A stretch of DNA of 64,000 nucleotides from a virus. Under the pieces are notes generated by a model. That model was not told the DNA's origin. It saw nothing but the letters and a program-made list of their open reading frames with translations, and did no database searches. Below, piece after piece: positions 28,462-39,368 of the stretch; the first letter of the stretch is position 1; each line of letters opens with the position of its first letter. Both the position numbers and the translations under genes were made by a program. Location: positions 25,805-89,804 of the IMG/VR virus record IMGVR_UViG_3300031834_000002, one strand, 5' to 3'.

Positions 28462-31400
28462 TTATTCTCCTCTCGAAGGAATACTAACAGACCGAGAATA
28501 ATATCTTTTATTTTGCAATTGAATAGATACTGTAAACGATGAAATATTAATATTAATACTTTCTATATTTAAAGGATTATTCAAAATATTATTTATCATA
28601 ATTCTTTTAGAAAGGTCTATTCCATAATAACACAGAGCATCTAAAGTAATTTCTATATTTCCATTTATTTTTTCATCGCAATCTTTACTTAATTGCCAAT
28701 CAGTATAATCTTTTGCAAAATTAGTATCGTTCCATGAAGGAATTATTTCTTTAACAGTTAAAAGAGCAGAATGTTCTGCATTTGTAATATATACCCATTG
28801 AGGATTTTGGACTGTCCATTTATACCATTTATTTGCCTCAAATTTGAATTTTAATTTAATAGGTATATCTGGATTAGGTATTTGTCTAATAGCACCTACT
28901 TGTATAGATAAATTAGTTAAATTTAAATCTTTTATAATAGTTTTAGAATAATCTCCTATTTTATCAGTAAAAAACATCAATGGATTAGATATATCTGTTT
29001 CAGGGTTTTCAGTAGGAGTATTTGTATAAGAATAATATTGCTTTTTGAATAATTCTAATTCGATGTTAGACCTTCTCAGACCAATTTTGACACCTGTTCC
29101 ATCTTCTATAAAAAAATATTGAGGTTCGTTAAATATAAGAAGTCGATGTTCGTAATCTATAGTAAATCCATCGTTGAATTCTTCTTTTTCCCATCCATAT
29201 CTACTTTGTGCCACAGATATTTTTGGAGGTTGCCAATCGCTATATGATTCTAAACTTCTATCTAATTCAGGTATACTATATTTTTTAAATACATCTTTAT
29301 ATAATTCGTTATCTTCTGTTTTATGATGGTCAAATCCATATCCTGTTGATGAATTTTTTGATAAAACTTCATAACGAGAATCCCATGCTGGAACAGCATA
29401 ACACCAAAAATATCTATGATTATAACCTGAAAATTGTTTAGTTCCTCCTTGTGAATTAAATCTACGAATTACTTTTTCTCCCATTTGAACTCTATATTTA
29501 TTAACAATATTTTCGACATCATTTCTTATAGTATGATTTAATATTTGATATAATTTTAAATTTTCTCCAAATTCTTGAACTTCTAAATTGATAATATCTC
29601 CATTTCCATCGATTTTAAGTTTTGGTGTTTCTGTTATATCATAATACCAAGAAAAATTTCCTGATTGTTCTGTTAAATTTGTAATTGCATCTGATTTTCC
29701 AGACCCAAAAATATCTATAGTCTGTGGAATAAAATTGCCAATATTAAAATTAATTCCGCATACTGCAAGACCTTCTTTAATAGTATTATAGTATAATTCT
29801 GTTTCGTCTTTTGGTTTATGTCCTACATGAAAATAAACATTCTCTTGATTATCTTTCCAATATTTATCCTGACAATTAATCTTAATATGTTCTGGATTAT
29901 CAGTAGGATTTATTTGAGTTATATATCCTTTATATAATGTCCATATATGATATTTAATTTCTACTTCGGATTCCATATCTGGTTTAGTAGAATCATAAGG
30001 TCTTGCTAATTCAAATACAGCAGTATGAGCACTATTTAATCCTTTAGAAATAGTAATACTGTCTATATTAGCATCTGCTTGTTCTATAGAATCTATATAA
30101 ACTTTTATATAAGATTTTCCTAAAGATTGCACTCCAGCATTTTCTACAGTAGGAGGAGGAGTTTGTGGAGGAATAATTGGAGGAGTCGTAGTATAAATAC
30201 CAAAACTTATATAATTACTTATGCCTATATTATTAGTAACTGTTACATTGTATCTTCCATTAGCAAGACTGGGAACTAAACAAGTAATAGAGATATTAGT
30301 CCAATTTGTTATCACAGCAATAGTTGTATCAAATTTTACCAAACCTTGAATTGCTCCAAAATTAGTTCCTGTAATAATTCTACTATCTCCTATTTGACCT
30401 ATTGTAGAAGATAAACTGGTAATATGAGGAGAAGGAATTTGAAAAGATTTTCTTGTTCTTATATCATTTTTTAAATTATAGATTTCTTGACGTTTAGTAT
30501 TGATTTTATTAGTTAAATTTTTAATAATAACAGAACTTACAATTGAAATAAGATTACTGAGATTATTTAAAACTTGTCTACAAAATACAAATTTATTTTC
30601 TATATTTCCAAATTGTTGTTTACACATCCTAAAATCATTAATTAAATCTCTTGTTTCTTGTAATTCAAATTGTATAGTATCAGATAAAGATAAAGTATCT
30701 GAAAGTTCTTGTTTTTCTAAAGATACATCTAATTCTATATTGTCTGAAAGAGATAAAGAATCTATATCTATAAATTCTTTTAAATTAAAGTCGTCAGTTA
30801 ATGAAATTTCATCATCTAATATTGCTTTTTCTAATGATAAATTAACAAGGATATTATCTGATAAAGATAAAGTATCGCTTTTAATGACATCAGTTCCTAA
30901 ATCTACAAAACTATATCTCGTATCATAAGGCGAACCTATTTCATCTTGATGTAAAGTTCTAAGTATTCCATCTGTCGATATATTAAGACAACTTATCCTA
31001 TTAAGAGATATTCCAGTATCGAGAATAGTTCCTAAAGCATCCCATGTTTCTCCAACTCGTTTAATATAATATGCAGTATTAGTTTCATTGGCATAAATAA
31101 CTATTACTATATTATTCGCTAAAATTCCAATATCCAAACGAGTAGAAGGCTTAATATTAGCAGTTATTATTGTAGTTTTTACGACATCCCAAGACGAAAT
31201 ATATCTTTTATATACAATAGAAGAACTATTATATCTCCACGCTAAATGAATATAATTATTAATATCTACTGCAACTACTGGATAGCGAGCTTGATTTGCT
31301 AAAACATTGGTTTCTACAATTACATTACTCCAAGAAGTTGTATATATTAATTCTTTTACTTCGGTATAATATAAATAACTGCATGTAAATACATGCAAAG

Positions 31401-31926
31401 TCTCTCCAATTACACAAGCATCGATATGGGAAGAAAGTTGACTCGGATTTATTGTAGTCCAATTTACGCCATCATTATCAGAATAAGAAACATTAAGATT
31501 ATTAGTGCCATTTACAGAACAAGCGAATAATCTTCCAGAAATAGTTTTTCTAATGACTGAACAATCGAAAATACTATTTAAACTATTCCATACTATACAT
31601 TCAACTCCAATAGACCAAGTTCCTACAGAATAAGTTAATTTTATTACAGACCCACGACTGTTAATATTATTATAATATAATATATATATATTATTATCGG
31701 AATCTATACAAGTATTATAAAAACGAGCACCAGTATTAACAATTTGAATAGCACTTCCCCACGTTACTCCATCATCTATTGAGACCTGATAACATAAATT
31801 AGTAGGAGATATTGTGCCTAAATTAACTATTGCTACTAATTTTCCGTCAGTCGTGCGGAGAATTCGCTGAGCATTAGATGCTAAATAAGTATTGTTATTT
31901 GTAGTAGTTCCTAATAAAACACTCAT
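28462..31926 (-). CDS. large tail-tip protein: Asp-box propeller, D-x-LSLSD repeats, IPT/TIG domain, hub-like domain
   Basis: SIDDGVTW, SDNDGVNW; DTLSLSD repeats; PHITSLS...ITGTNFG; Pro/Thr linker. Confidence 0.7.
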   Translation of the reverse strand: MSVLLGTTTNNNTYLASNAQRILRTTDGKLVAIVNLGTISPTNLCYQVSIDDGVTWGSAIQIVNTGARFYNTCIDSDNNIYILYYNNINSRGSVIKLTYSVGTWSIGVECIVWNSLNSIFDCSVIRKTISGRLFACSVNGTNNLNVSYSDNDGVNWTTINPSQLSSHIDACVIGETLHVFTCSYLYYTEVKELIYTTSWSNVIVETNVLANQARYPVVAVDINNYIHLAWRYNSSSIVYKRYISSWDVVKTTIITANIKPSTRLDIGILANNIVIVIYANETNTAYYIKRVGETWDALGTILDTGISLNRISCLNISTDGILRTLHQDEIGSPYDTRYSFVDLGTDVIKSDTLSLSDNILVNLSLEKAILDDEISLTDDFNLKEFIDIDSLSLSDNIELDVSLEKQELSDTLSLSDTIQFELQETRDLINDFRMCKQQFGNIENKFVFCRQVLNNLSNLISIVSSVIIKNLTNKINTKRQEIYNLKNDIRTRKSFQIPSPHITSLSSTIGQIGDSRIITGTNFGAIQGLVKFDTTIAVITNWTNISITCLVPSLANGRYNVTVTNNIGISNYISFGIYTTTPPIIPPQTPPPTVENAGVQSLGKSYIKVYIDSIEQADANIDSITISKGLNSAHTAVFELARPYDSTKPDMESEVEIKYHIWTLYKGYITQINPTDNPEHIKINCQDKYWKDNQENVYFHVGHKPKDETELYYNTIKEGLAVCGINFNIGNFIPQTIDIFGSGKSDAITNLTEQSGNFSWYYDITETPKLKIDGNGDIINLEVQEFGENLKLYQILNHTIRNDVENIVNKYRVQMGEKVIRRFNSQGGTKQFSGYNHRYFWCYAVPAWDSRYEVLSKNSSTGYGFDHHKTEDNELYKDVFKKYSIPELDRSLESYSDWQPPKISVAQSRYGWEKEEFNDGFTIDYEHRLLIFNEPQYFFIEDGTGVKIGLRRSNIELELFKKQYYSYTNTPTENPETDISNPLMFFTDKIGDYSKTIIKDLNLTNLSIQVGAIRQIPNPDIPIKLKFKFEANKWYKWTVQNPQWVYITNAEHSALLTVKEIIPSWNDTNFAKDYTDWQLSKDCDEKINGNIEITLDALCYYGIDLSKRIMINNILNNPLNIESININISSFTVSIQLQNKRYYSRSVSIPSRGE

Positions 31927-31967
31927 TATTATATTACTCCTTACTAAAAATTATATATTTTCTACAA

Positions 31968-32648
31968 TTAACTAACAGTTATAGTAATCTTATGTATCAA
32001 TTTATCTATATCTTTTAATTCATGTTCCCAAATAATTAAAGTTTTATAGCCATATTTTTTATAGGTATTTAATCTGCGTTTGTTTCTTTCTCCGAATTTT
32101 GAAGGACGATGCCAATAATCTCCATAAAGTTCTATAATCTTTTTTTGTCCATTAATATTTATAAAATCTGGACAAAATTCTCCAATTATCATTTTTCCAT
32201 TACCGACAAATTTATATTCATTTGGAAATACTTTTTGCAGTATTTTATTTAATAATTTTTCTGATTTATTTGGACTTTGACGATTGCCTTTTAATCGTTT
32301 TCCAAGAGTTTCTATAGAAGAACAAATCAAACATCTTTTGCTTCTATAATCAATTAATTGTTTTCCACAATCTACACATTTAGGCAGTTTTGATAATTTG
32401 CCATAAGAATGATGATTTTTTCCACATCTAAATTTACCAGCACAAGAACGACAATTACCCTTTCCATATTTCCAACTTCTATAACTTATTTCATTATCAC
32501 ATTCTTTACAATAATGAATTTTTCCTGTTTCTCCTCCAGTTGCCATTGCATCTAAATATTTAACTCTACATTTCCAACACCTTTTAGGAGGATTTAATTT
32601 ACCTCTATTTTGTAAAAGTATATTACAATCTATACAATAATTTTTCAA
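31968..32648 (-). CDS. CxxC-repeat protein with DUF559/Vsr-like endonuclease domain
   Basis: PDF...KIIELYGDYWH...GYKTLIIWEHE. Confidence 0.82.
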   Translation of the reverse strand: MKNYCIDCNILLQNRGKLNPPKRCWKCRVKYLDAMATGGETGKIHYCKECDNEISYRSWKYGKGNCRSCAGKFRCGKNHHSYGKLSKLPKCVDCGKQLIDYRSKRCLICSSIETLGKRLKGNRQSPNKSEKLLNKILQKVFPNEYKFVGNGKMIIGEFCPDFININGQKKIIELYGDYWHRPSKFGERNKRRLNTYKKYGYKTLIIWEHELKDIDKLIHKITITVS

Positions 32649-32669
32649 TTTTTATTCCTATTTCGTTAA

Positions 32670-33113
32670 TTATGTTATTTGAATCGTAATTTTTACATAG
32701 AGGTCGGTATCGATGTCAACATTTTTAGCTGTAAATGTAAATCTGTCTAACATATCTCCACCAGCAGAAGTATCATTAAATACACCAGCTTCAGTAATTG
32801 CATAAGATTCAGCAGTGCCGAAATCAAATGTTTTTTCAAATATTGCTTTTCCTGTTGCTTCATAAGTAAGAGTAGCTAATGCTCTTTTTGATTCACTAAC
32901 TAATGCTTCTTGTCCTATTGCTGGAACCGTTACACCTTCTCCTACAGCAATAGTATTAAAATAATTAAGACTAACTCCATTTAAAAGTTTAGCAACTTCT
33001 ACTAAACCCATTGTAACTATCAGATTATCACATTCCCAACTATCAATCTTTGTTCCATCTTTTTTTCTTCTTTCGAAATATCCATGTCCTTTTAACTTTA
33101 ATTTTGATTCCAT
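32670..33113 (-). CDS. tail-fibre attachment/baseplate-like protein
   Basis: NLIV..G, IAVGEG, ITEAGVFN motifs typical of phage tail proteins. Confidence 0.65.
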   Translation of the reverse strand: MESKLKLKGHGYFERRKKDGTKIDSWECDNLIVTMGLVEVAKLLNGVSLNYFNTIAVGEGVTVPAIGQEALVSESKRALATLTYEATGKAIFEKTFDFGTAESYAITEAGVFNDTSAGGDMLDRFTFTAKNVDIDTDLYVKITIQIT

Positions 33114-33190
33114 TTTTTAGTTCCTCCTATTTTTGATAATATATTCTCGATATAAATATTTTTTAGTTAAAATATTAGAGTATTTGGATT

Positions 33191-33559
33191 TCATCGCCAC
33201 CCCAAAGAATTAAGAGATTTTATAAAGGTGTCATTTATATTATATTCTATTCTCTCTATATTACTATTTTTTAAATTAATTTTATAACAAACAACTTTAT
33301 CATTTTTAGACCCCATAACATAAGCATATTCTAAATTAACTTTTCCATTATTTTTACCATTCAAATCATTAGTGCCTTCAATAAAATGATAGTATTTATC
33401 ATACATATCTAAACATAAATGGTTTCCATCAGGAAGAGTATAGAATAATCTTTTAATCTTTTTATCTGGAATTTCTGTCCATTTTGTTTTATAATAATCT
33501 CCTCCTGTGTAGATACTTTCGTCCTCAAGAACTGCTACAAAAAGAGGTTTAATATTCAT
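33191..33559 (-). CDS. hypothetical protein
   Basis: ORF in operon context. Confidence 0.6.
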   Translation of the reverse strand: MNIKPLFVAVLEDESIYTGGDYYKTKWTEIPDKKIKRLFYTLPDGNHLCLDMYDKYYHFIEGTNDLNGKNNGKVNLEYAYVMGSKNDKVVCYKINLKNSNIERIEYNINDTFIKSLNSLGWR

Positions 33560-34323
33560 GAGATTACTCCTATCTTTTGTAAATCTTTCTCGAAAAGAAC
33601 TTTAAAATTTACCTCGGAATATATTTTTCTAAATAAATTTATTTTGTTCTTAGCAATTGTAGTTAAATAACCTTTTATTTCTATATATTCTTTAGTTTTA
33701 GGTAAGTAAAAGTCAGGTGTATAAGTAGTATCTACTAAATCAAAAGTTTTAGATTCATATAACCATTTTATTTTTTCTCTGTCTAAATATTTAGCATATT
33801 TTACTTCCCAATAACTTCTAAACCAAATATTATTATATTGCACAAATTTTGGTTTCATTGGTTTTCCGAAATTAGGATTATTCTTACCTGACATTAATAT
33901 ACTCATTTTTTGTTTTGTTTCTTTTGTGCGAAGTTTATCTGTCATATTTATTCTATTGGCACATGATTTACAATGACCAATTCCATCTTTCCATGTCTTA
34001 TATTCAATCCGTTTATCACAAATAGAACAATAATGATTGATTAAAGTTCTTCCATCTATAAAATTCAGAGCATTTTCTCCTGTTCTGTTTTTATTTGCAA
34101 CACTTACTGCTGAATTTTTTCTACCTTTCATTATTTTACTGTGTTCTGGTCTTTTTTTACCTCTCCAGCAAGCAGTATCTCTTCGAGGAATATTATATTC
34201 TTTCAATCGATTATAAATAGTCATAGTAGTTGTATTTAATTCTATAGCAATTTCTTTCATTGATTTCTTTTTATTTATATATTCCTCGTAAAGAAAGTCA
34301 AATAAAATATTTAATTTTTTCAT
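33556..34323 (-). CDS. HTH/NUMOD3-like plus PD-(D/E)xK endonuclease
   Basis: FRSYWE...W.YE...YTPDFYLP...YIEIKG. Confidence 0.82.
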   Translation of the reverse strand: MKKLNILFDFLYEEYINKKKSMKEIAIELNTTTMTIYNRLKEYNIPRRDTACWRGKKRPEHSKIMKGRKNSAVSVANKNRTGENALNFIDGRTLINHYCSICDKRIEYKTWKDGIGHCKSCANRINMTDKLRTKETKQKMSILMSGKNNPNFGKPMKPKFVQYNNIWFRSYWEVKYAKYLDREKIKWLYESKTFDLVDTTYTPDFYLPKTKEYIEIKGYLTTIAKNKINLFRKIYSEVNFKVLFEKDLQKIGVIS

Positions 34324-34335
34324 ATTTTTCCTAAG

Positions 34336-34974
34336 TTAAATCCATGTGTATCGAACTGTTAGACAAAAAGACTCCACACTCGGAGTAGAATAATTTACAG
34401 GTATTACAATTTTAATATTAGCATAAAGATGTCCTGCCCCTGATAATGCTCCAGTTTCTTCATTTAATAATATAAATCTTCCAACACCACTTCCTGCAAT
34501 TGCTGTTCCTGCCCAATCTGAAGGTGGAGTTGTAAATGTAGTAGCCACTGCTTTTACCATAGAATCTGCTGGAATTCCTTCTCCTAAAACTTTTTTATCT
34601 GTAGTAGCATGAGTATCGTCGTCCCATACTTCTAATTGTGGTTCTTTAGCTGTAGGCCCATCAAAATAAAAATTAAAAACAAATTTTTTTCCTATACCCA
34701 TGCCATTAACTAAATGAGTATAATAAGCACCACCAAAATCTCCACTATAATCGAATACTAAACATTCTGGAACTTTTTTATCTGCATCATCATCTATTAT
34801 TACTCCATGTTCGTTTAATTCAGTCGGTGTAGGTTCATGGTCAAGATTATCTTCTAAATCCTCTGACCATATTAAATAATCATTTACCAAATCCAATGTA
34901 ATATAATTAGCAGGATTTGTAGTATAATTTTGGTCAGCATTAACCAAGTTTGCTCGTATTGTCAAATTTGTCAT
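34336..34974 (-). CDS. minor tail protein
   Basis: position after the distal tail gene; composition. Confidence 0.5.
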   Translation of the reverse strand: MTNLTIRANLVNADQNYTTNPANYITLDLVNDYLIWSEDLEDNLDHEPTPTELNEHGVIIDDDADKKVPECLVFDYSGDFGGAYYTHLVNGMGIGKKFVFNFYFDGPTAKEPQLEVWDDDTHATTDKKVLGEGIPADSMVKAVATTFTTPPSDWAGTAIAGSGVGRFILLNEETGALSGAGHLYANIKIVIPVNYSTPSVESFCLTVRYTWI

Positions 34975-34999
34975 ATTTATATCTCCTTTACTTTAAATA

Positions 35000-35410
35000 T
35001 TAATAACTAACTACAAGAAAATTTATTGAATATTTCTGACTATCTGTTCTTAAACTCTCTTCGAATATAATTTCTTCAATTCTTCGAACGGATACTGCCC
35101 AATCTTGAATCCAACTTCCTGAAACTAAATGTTCCAATGTAAGAGTAGATAAGTTTCTATTTACTTTTGTTCTCATTGTATTCATAGCATTAATAATTGC
35201 TACATAATCATCTCCTGTGATTACTCCTTTTATAGATATTTCATTACTCTTTTTTCCTGCTGGAATAATTATACTACCATCTCCTCTATTACCTGAAATA
35301 ATTGTATCTTTACCGCCTGTTTCAGGGTCAGAAATAGAATATACTAAAGGAAGAATATATTCGTTCGACTGACCTTTTTGGAATATTACTCTTGCTACAT
35401 ATGAAGACAT
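35000..35410 (-). CDS. distal tail (Dit)-like protein
   Basis: immediately downstream of the tape measure gene; beta-rich. Confidence 0.5.
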   Translation of the reverse strand: MSSYVARVIFQKGQSNEYILPLVYSISDPETGGKDTIISGNRGDGSIIIPAGKKSNEISIKGVITGDDYVAIINAMNTMRTKVNRNLSTLTLEHLVSGSWIQDWAVSVRRIEEIIFEESLRTDSQKYSINFLVVSY

Positions 35411-35431
35411 ATTATTTAACCTCCATAAATT

Positions 35432-38014
35432 TTATAAATAAGGTCTTAACACTTTACCTAATTTTTTCTGTAATTCGCTATTAGTTTCTAATTCCTGTTT
35501 TAACTTATTACTTGCAGATGTAGCAACATCATCCAAAGCATTAGCAGGTAGATTAATTTCTATCTTATCTATTTGTGTTCCTAAATCTACATTTTGTTGT
35601 ATGGCTTGTTTAGTCATTGCAGTAGCATATCCTTCTACACCTACAAATCCCTTAGACATTCTTGACCATTCTTTGCCAAATATATCTAAAGCATCTGCTT
35701 GTCTTGTATTCCAAGTATCCCAAAATATTGATGCCTTTGGAGTTTCTATTGAAACTGTATCTGGAGAAAATACACTTTTAAATAAATCTGGAGAAAATAC
35801 ACTTTTAAATAAATCTGGTATTCCTTCTATATTTATATTGGACATTGTAGGTAATTCAAACTCAAACATTTTTGCCATAACTGCATTAACTGCCTGTTGT
35901 CCTTTTTGAGAAAAATCAGAAAAATATTGTTCTATAATTCCTCTATCGAACATATTTTCTTCCCATTGACGAGCTAATTGTTCTACAGGTAATTGACGAA
36001 GTTCCATCATTCGTTTTAAACGACCTCTTTCTACATTATCTGCCTCATAATAACGCCTAACAAGATTAGATTGAATTTCTAATTCTTTTCTTTTTTCGTT
36101 TTCTATAGAAATTACTCTTTGCAATCTTAAATCTTCCATTTCAGATAAAAATTGAGCATCTCCTATAGCTTGACGATTTGTTTCTAAAATTTTCATTCTA
36201 ACTGTCAAAATTTGGCTTTCCGATGCACCTGTTGTTTTTAATAAATCTAAAGAAGCTTTTTGGTATACATTAACTATTTCTTTTCTATATTCTAATTGAG
36301 TTCTAATAAGTTCGTTTTCATTTTTTTGTTTTTCTAAAATATAATCTTGTTCTGTTAGACGAGATTTTATTGTTTCTAAAGATTGAAGTTTATATTTTGC
36401 TATATCTAATTCATTTGCTCCCATAATTTTTAAAATGGCAATATTATGAGTCATTTCTTCTCTTTCTATCTTTAAGCCACTTATTTTAAAATCACTTGCT
36501 TGTTTTTCCTTTATTGATAACTCTTCAAGAGTTTTTTTTCGCTCTGCTGTTATTTGTTGTCCTTTTGCTTGTTTAGCTAATTGTTCTTCTGCATATTCTA
36601 CAGGAGATTTTAATGATTCTACATATTTTAACTCTTTAAGAGACTTAACTGTATTTTCGATTGTAGTATTTAACATTATAAAAGGATTATTTGCTAATGC
36701 AGGTAAATTAATTTTAGATAAAATATCCCAATATAACATTAATTTACCTAATGTATCTCCTAACCATCCAATCTGCATACCTAATCCTTGAATATTAGGA
36801 CGTAATTCAATCATTGTTGTATTCATTAACTTTAATGCTTCTGCAAAATCGCTTACTCCATAAACTCCTGAAATAAAATCATTAGTTAATACCGCTAAAA
36901 TATTTTGCATTTCTGCCATTTGAGCAGTAACGGTATTCATTTTTATATCTGCTATCTTTTTAGCAAATCCTTCGAAATTTTCAGATGCATCTTTTAACGT
37001 TGCTTTAAATTCGTCATAATTTCCTAAAATAAGACGAAGTGGAACTCCGCCCTTAGAAGCCGAAATTAAACGAATAGCTTCAGATTGTGCTGTTGTTAAT
37101 TTTGTAGTATCTGTCATTGTTTTTTGGATTTGACCTATAGTCTTTAAAAAATTCATTGGTTGATTTGGGTCAAAAGTAATACCAAAAATAGAAGCTAAGT
37201 CTTTAGCAGATTTAGTCATATTCATAATAGCTTGACCTGTTAAAGTTCCTGTCCTACCTGCCTTTAATAAATGAGTATTTAAAAATCCTAAAGTAGAAAT
37301 TATATCTATAAAACTATCATCTAATCCTGCTAAATAAGGAGCTAATTTAGAATAACCTGCTATTAATTCTCCCATTTCTGCATCTTGTTTAGCATAAGTA
37401 TATGTTAAAATATCTGCAATTTTTATCATTTTTTCTGATACGGATAAATTTTCTCCAATAGACTTGCCCATCGTATTATACATACCTGCTAAAGCTCTGG
37501 ACGCTTCTTTTGCTCCAACGCTTGTTCCTGTCATTATATTAACTACTGGTTGAAATCCTGCCATTGTTTCTTCGGCAGTTAATGCAGATGTCTTTAAAAA
37601 ATAAAAAGCCTCTGCTAAATCTTTTATACTTATTTTTGTAGTAAGAGAAGTATCGAGAATAGTTCGTTTAATTCCTATCATTTGAGCATTAATTTCGCTT
37701 GTAGTTCCTTGTATAACTGTCTGAATACGAGCCATACCTTCTTCTAAATCAAAATTAGCTTTAATCATCGCACTAATTACACTAAGTCCTAACATCATTG
37801 CAGAACGGATTGCTAACCATATAGGAGCAACAATTAAAGCTCTTTGTCCTGCTTTAGCTAAAATATCCGAATAATCTTGTGTTTTTTTACCAGTTAAATT
37901 AACAGTTTGGGAGAATTTTTGAGTTTCTCCTTCCATTGATTTTAAACCAGTAATAACGACTTTATCTCCCTTTAATTGGGCTTGGATAGACAATATATAT
38001 TCTTTACCATTCAT
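35432..38014 (-). CDS. tail tape measure protein
   Basis: 860-aa helical protein with a TP901-type core (AEAFYFL..., ADILT..., GTL). Confidence 0.88.
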   Translation of the reverse strand: MNGKEYILSIQAQLKGDKVVITGLKSMEGETQKFSQTVNLTGKKTQDYSDILAKAGQRALIVAPIWLAIRSAMMLGLSVISAMIKANFDLEEGMARIQTVIQGTTSEINAQMIGIKRTILDTSLTTKISIKDLAEAFYFLKTSALTAEETMAGFQPVVNIMTGTSVGAKEASRALAGMYNTMGKSIGENLSVSEKMIKIADILTYTYAKQDAEMGELIAGYSKLAPYLAGLDDSFIDIISTLGFLNTHLLKAGRTGTLTGQAIMNMTKSAKDLASIFGITFDPNQPMNFLKTIGQIQKTMTDTTKLTTAQSEAIRLISASKGGVPLRLILGNYDEFKATLKDASENFEGFAKKIADIKMNTVTAQMAEMQNILAVLTNDFISGVYGVSDFAEALKLMNTTMIELRPNIQGLGMQIGWLGDTLGKLMLYWDILSKINLPALANNPFIMLNTTIENTVKSLKELKYVESLKSPVEYAEEQLAKQAKGQQITAERKKTLEELSIKEKQASDFKISGLKIEREEMTHNIAILKIMGANELDIAKYKLQSLETIKSRLTEQDYILEKQKNENELIRTQLEYRKEIVNVYQKASLDLLKTTGASESQILTVRMKILETNRQAIGDAQFLSEMEDLRLQRVISIENEKRKELEIQSNLVRRYYEADNVERGRLKRMMELRQLPVEQLARQWEENMFDRGIIEQYFSDFSQKGQQAVNAVMAKMFEFELPTMSNINIEGIPDLFKSVFSPDLFKSVFSPDTVSIETPKASIFWDTWNTRQADALDIFGKEWSRMSKGFVGVEGYATAMTKQAIQQNVDLGTQIDKIEINLPANALDDVATSASNKLKQELETNSELQKKLGKVLRPYL
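35759..35818. repeat. in-frame 27-bp tandem duplication in the tape measure gene
   Basis: ATCTGGAGAAAATACACTTTTAAATAA twice, encoding PDLFKSVFS twice. Confidence 0.9.
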
Positions 38015-38017
38015 AAA

Positions 38018-38368
38018 TTATTTACCTCTTTTACGAAAAATTAATGAACCAAATTCATTTGCAGTATCTATTGATTGTTTAGTTGTCTTTGAAGATTTTT
38101 TCTTATCTTTTAATTCTTTTCTAAGTAATAAATATGCTTCGGTTCTAATACTATCTTCTATGACTTCCTCGCTAATAAAATCTTCTCCTGAATTAAGGTC
38201 TTGATATAACATAGAATATAAAGAAAGAAAATGTAAAAACATAATTTGTAGATGACTTTGATTTGTAACATTATCAAAAAGTTGCAAACCATTAATTTCT
38301 TTGGCTCTATTATATATAATTTGATATTTATCAGACCTTGCTAATTTTTCGAGAATCTTTATATACAT
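38018..38368 (-). CDS. tail assembly chaperone (downstream)
   Basis: position just before the tape measure gene. Confidence 0.5.
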   Translation of the reverse strand: MYIKILEKLARSDKYQIIYNRAKEINGLQLFDNVTNQSHLQIMFLHFLSLYSMLYQDLNSGEDFISEEVIEDSIRTEAYLLLRKELKDKKKSSKTTKQSIDTANEFGSLIFRKRGK

Positions 38369-38380
38369 ATTTAATCCTTA

Positions 38381-39022
38381 TTATTTTTTTTCTTCTGTTT
38401 CGAGTGGATTTTGATAGATTAAAAAATTAATATAATAAAACGCCTGTGAAATACATTTATCTCCACTTTTCATAAAGTCATTATAATTATTATATACTTT
38501 AATCCAATTTTCTCCATCTTTTTTTTCGAGCACTAAATAAGTTATAAATGAATTTATAAAAATAAGAAGTTGATTCTCTATACTATGAGTTAAAAGGTCA
38601 GTAATTTCTATACTAATAGAAAATTGTTCGTCTCGTTTTTTAAGAATTTCTTGTTTTAATGTTGAAATATCATTAGGTTCAGTAGATTTAGCTAATCTTA
38701 ATAGAGAATCTTTAATTTCTTCATTTAATCCTCTTATTTTAGTTTCCATAGCAGTAATATCTATACCTTTTTCCTGATATTGAGCAATCCATTGTTTTTT
38801 AAAAAGATAACTTGGGTCTTTCATATATTCTAAATATTTTTTTCTACGAATAGTAGATATTTCTTCTTCTTCAGTAAAATCTGGTTTACGCACCCTATAA
38901 CTTATATTATCTATTTTCCATTCAATCTTATTGTCTTTTATCAGATTTTCCATTTTTGTAGTTTCTTCAATCTCTATTAACGCCTTTAACGCTTCTTTCG
39001 CTATCTCATTTTTATTTTCCAT
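38381..39022 (-). CDS. tail assembly chaperone
   Basis: position between tail tube and tape measure genes. Confidence 0.5.
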   Translation of the reverse strand: MENKNEIAKEALKALIEIEETTKMENLIKDNKIEWKIDNISYRVRKPDFTEEEEISTIRRKKYLEYMKDPSYLFKKQWIAQYQEKGIDITAMETKIRGLNEEIKDSLLRLAKSTEPNDISTLKQEILKKRDEQFSISIEITDLLTHSIENQLLIFINSFITYLVLEKKDGENWIKVYNNYNDFMKSGDKCISQAFYYINFLIYQNPLETEEKK

Positions 39023-39057
39023 ACATTTTCTCCTTTTTATAAAAAAAAATCCAAAGA

Positions 39058-39279
39058 CTATTTTTGTGGGTCTTTGGCTCTAAATTCTAATTTTCCTATT
39101 TTTATTATAGTTTTAATAGTTCTGAATGATTCATAAACTGATTCTTTTACAAGTTTTTTATATAAACTTGGAGTAAGAACTTTTTCTTCTTCTAAAACTT
39201 CTATCCTTTTAAGTAATACTCCGACCAGCGTTTTTGCTTGTCCATCTAAAAGTTCAAAAAGTTCATTATTCTGTTCCAT
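39058..39279 (-). CDS. hypothetical protein
   Basis: AGGAG RBS. Confidence 0.6.
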   Translation of the reverse strand: MEQNNELFELLDGQAKTLVGVLLKRIEVLEEEKVLTPSLYKKLVKESVYESFRTIKTIIKIGKLEFRAKDPQK

Positions 39280-39319
39280 ACATTCTCCTTACAAAATTTT
39301 ATCACTTTTTCTTGAATAA

Positions 39320-39360
39320 CCAGAGAGGAATCTCTAAATTAATAGAGAAATCCTCTCTGG
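39320..39360 (-). terminator. stem-loop after the tail tube gene
   Basis: CCAGAGAGGA...TCCTCTCTGG with inner TCTCTA/TAGAGA stem. Confidence 0.65.
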
Positions 39361-39368
39361 ACTAATTT

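Noticed and set aside
38366-38395. Programmed -1 frameshift between the tail chaperones at GAAAAAAAA
   Set aside because: The downstream ORF is in the same frame behind two TAA stops and has its own RBS, so a -1 shift would not join them
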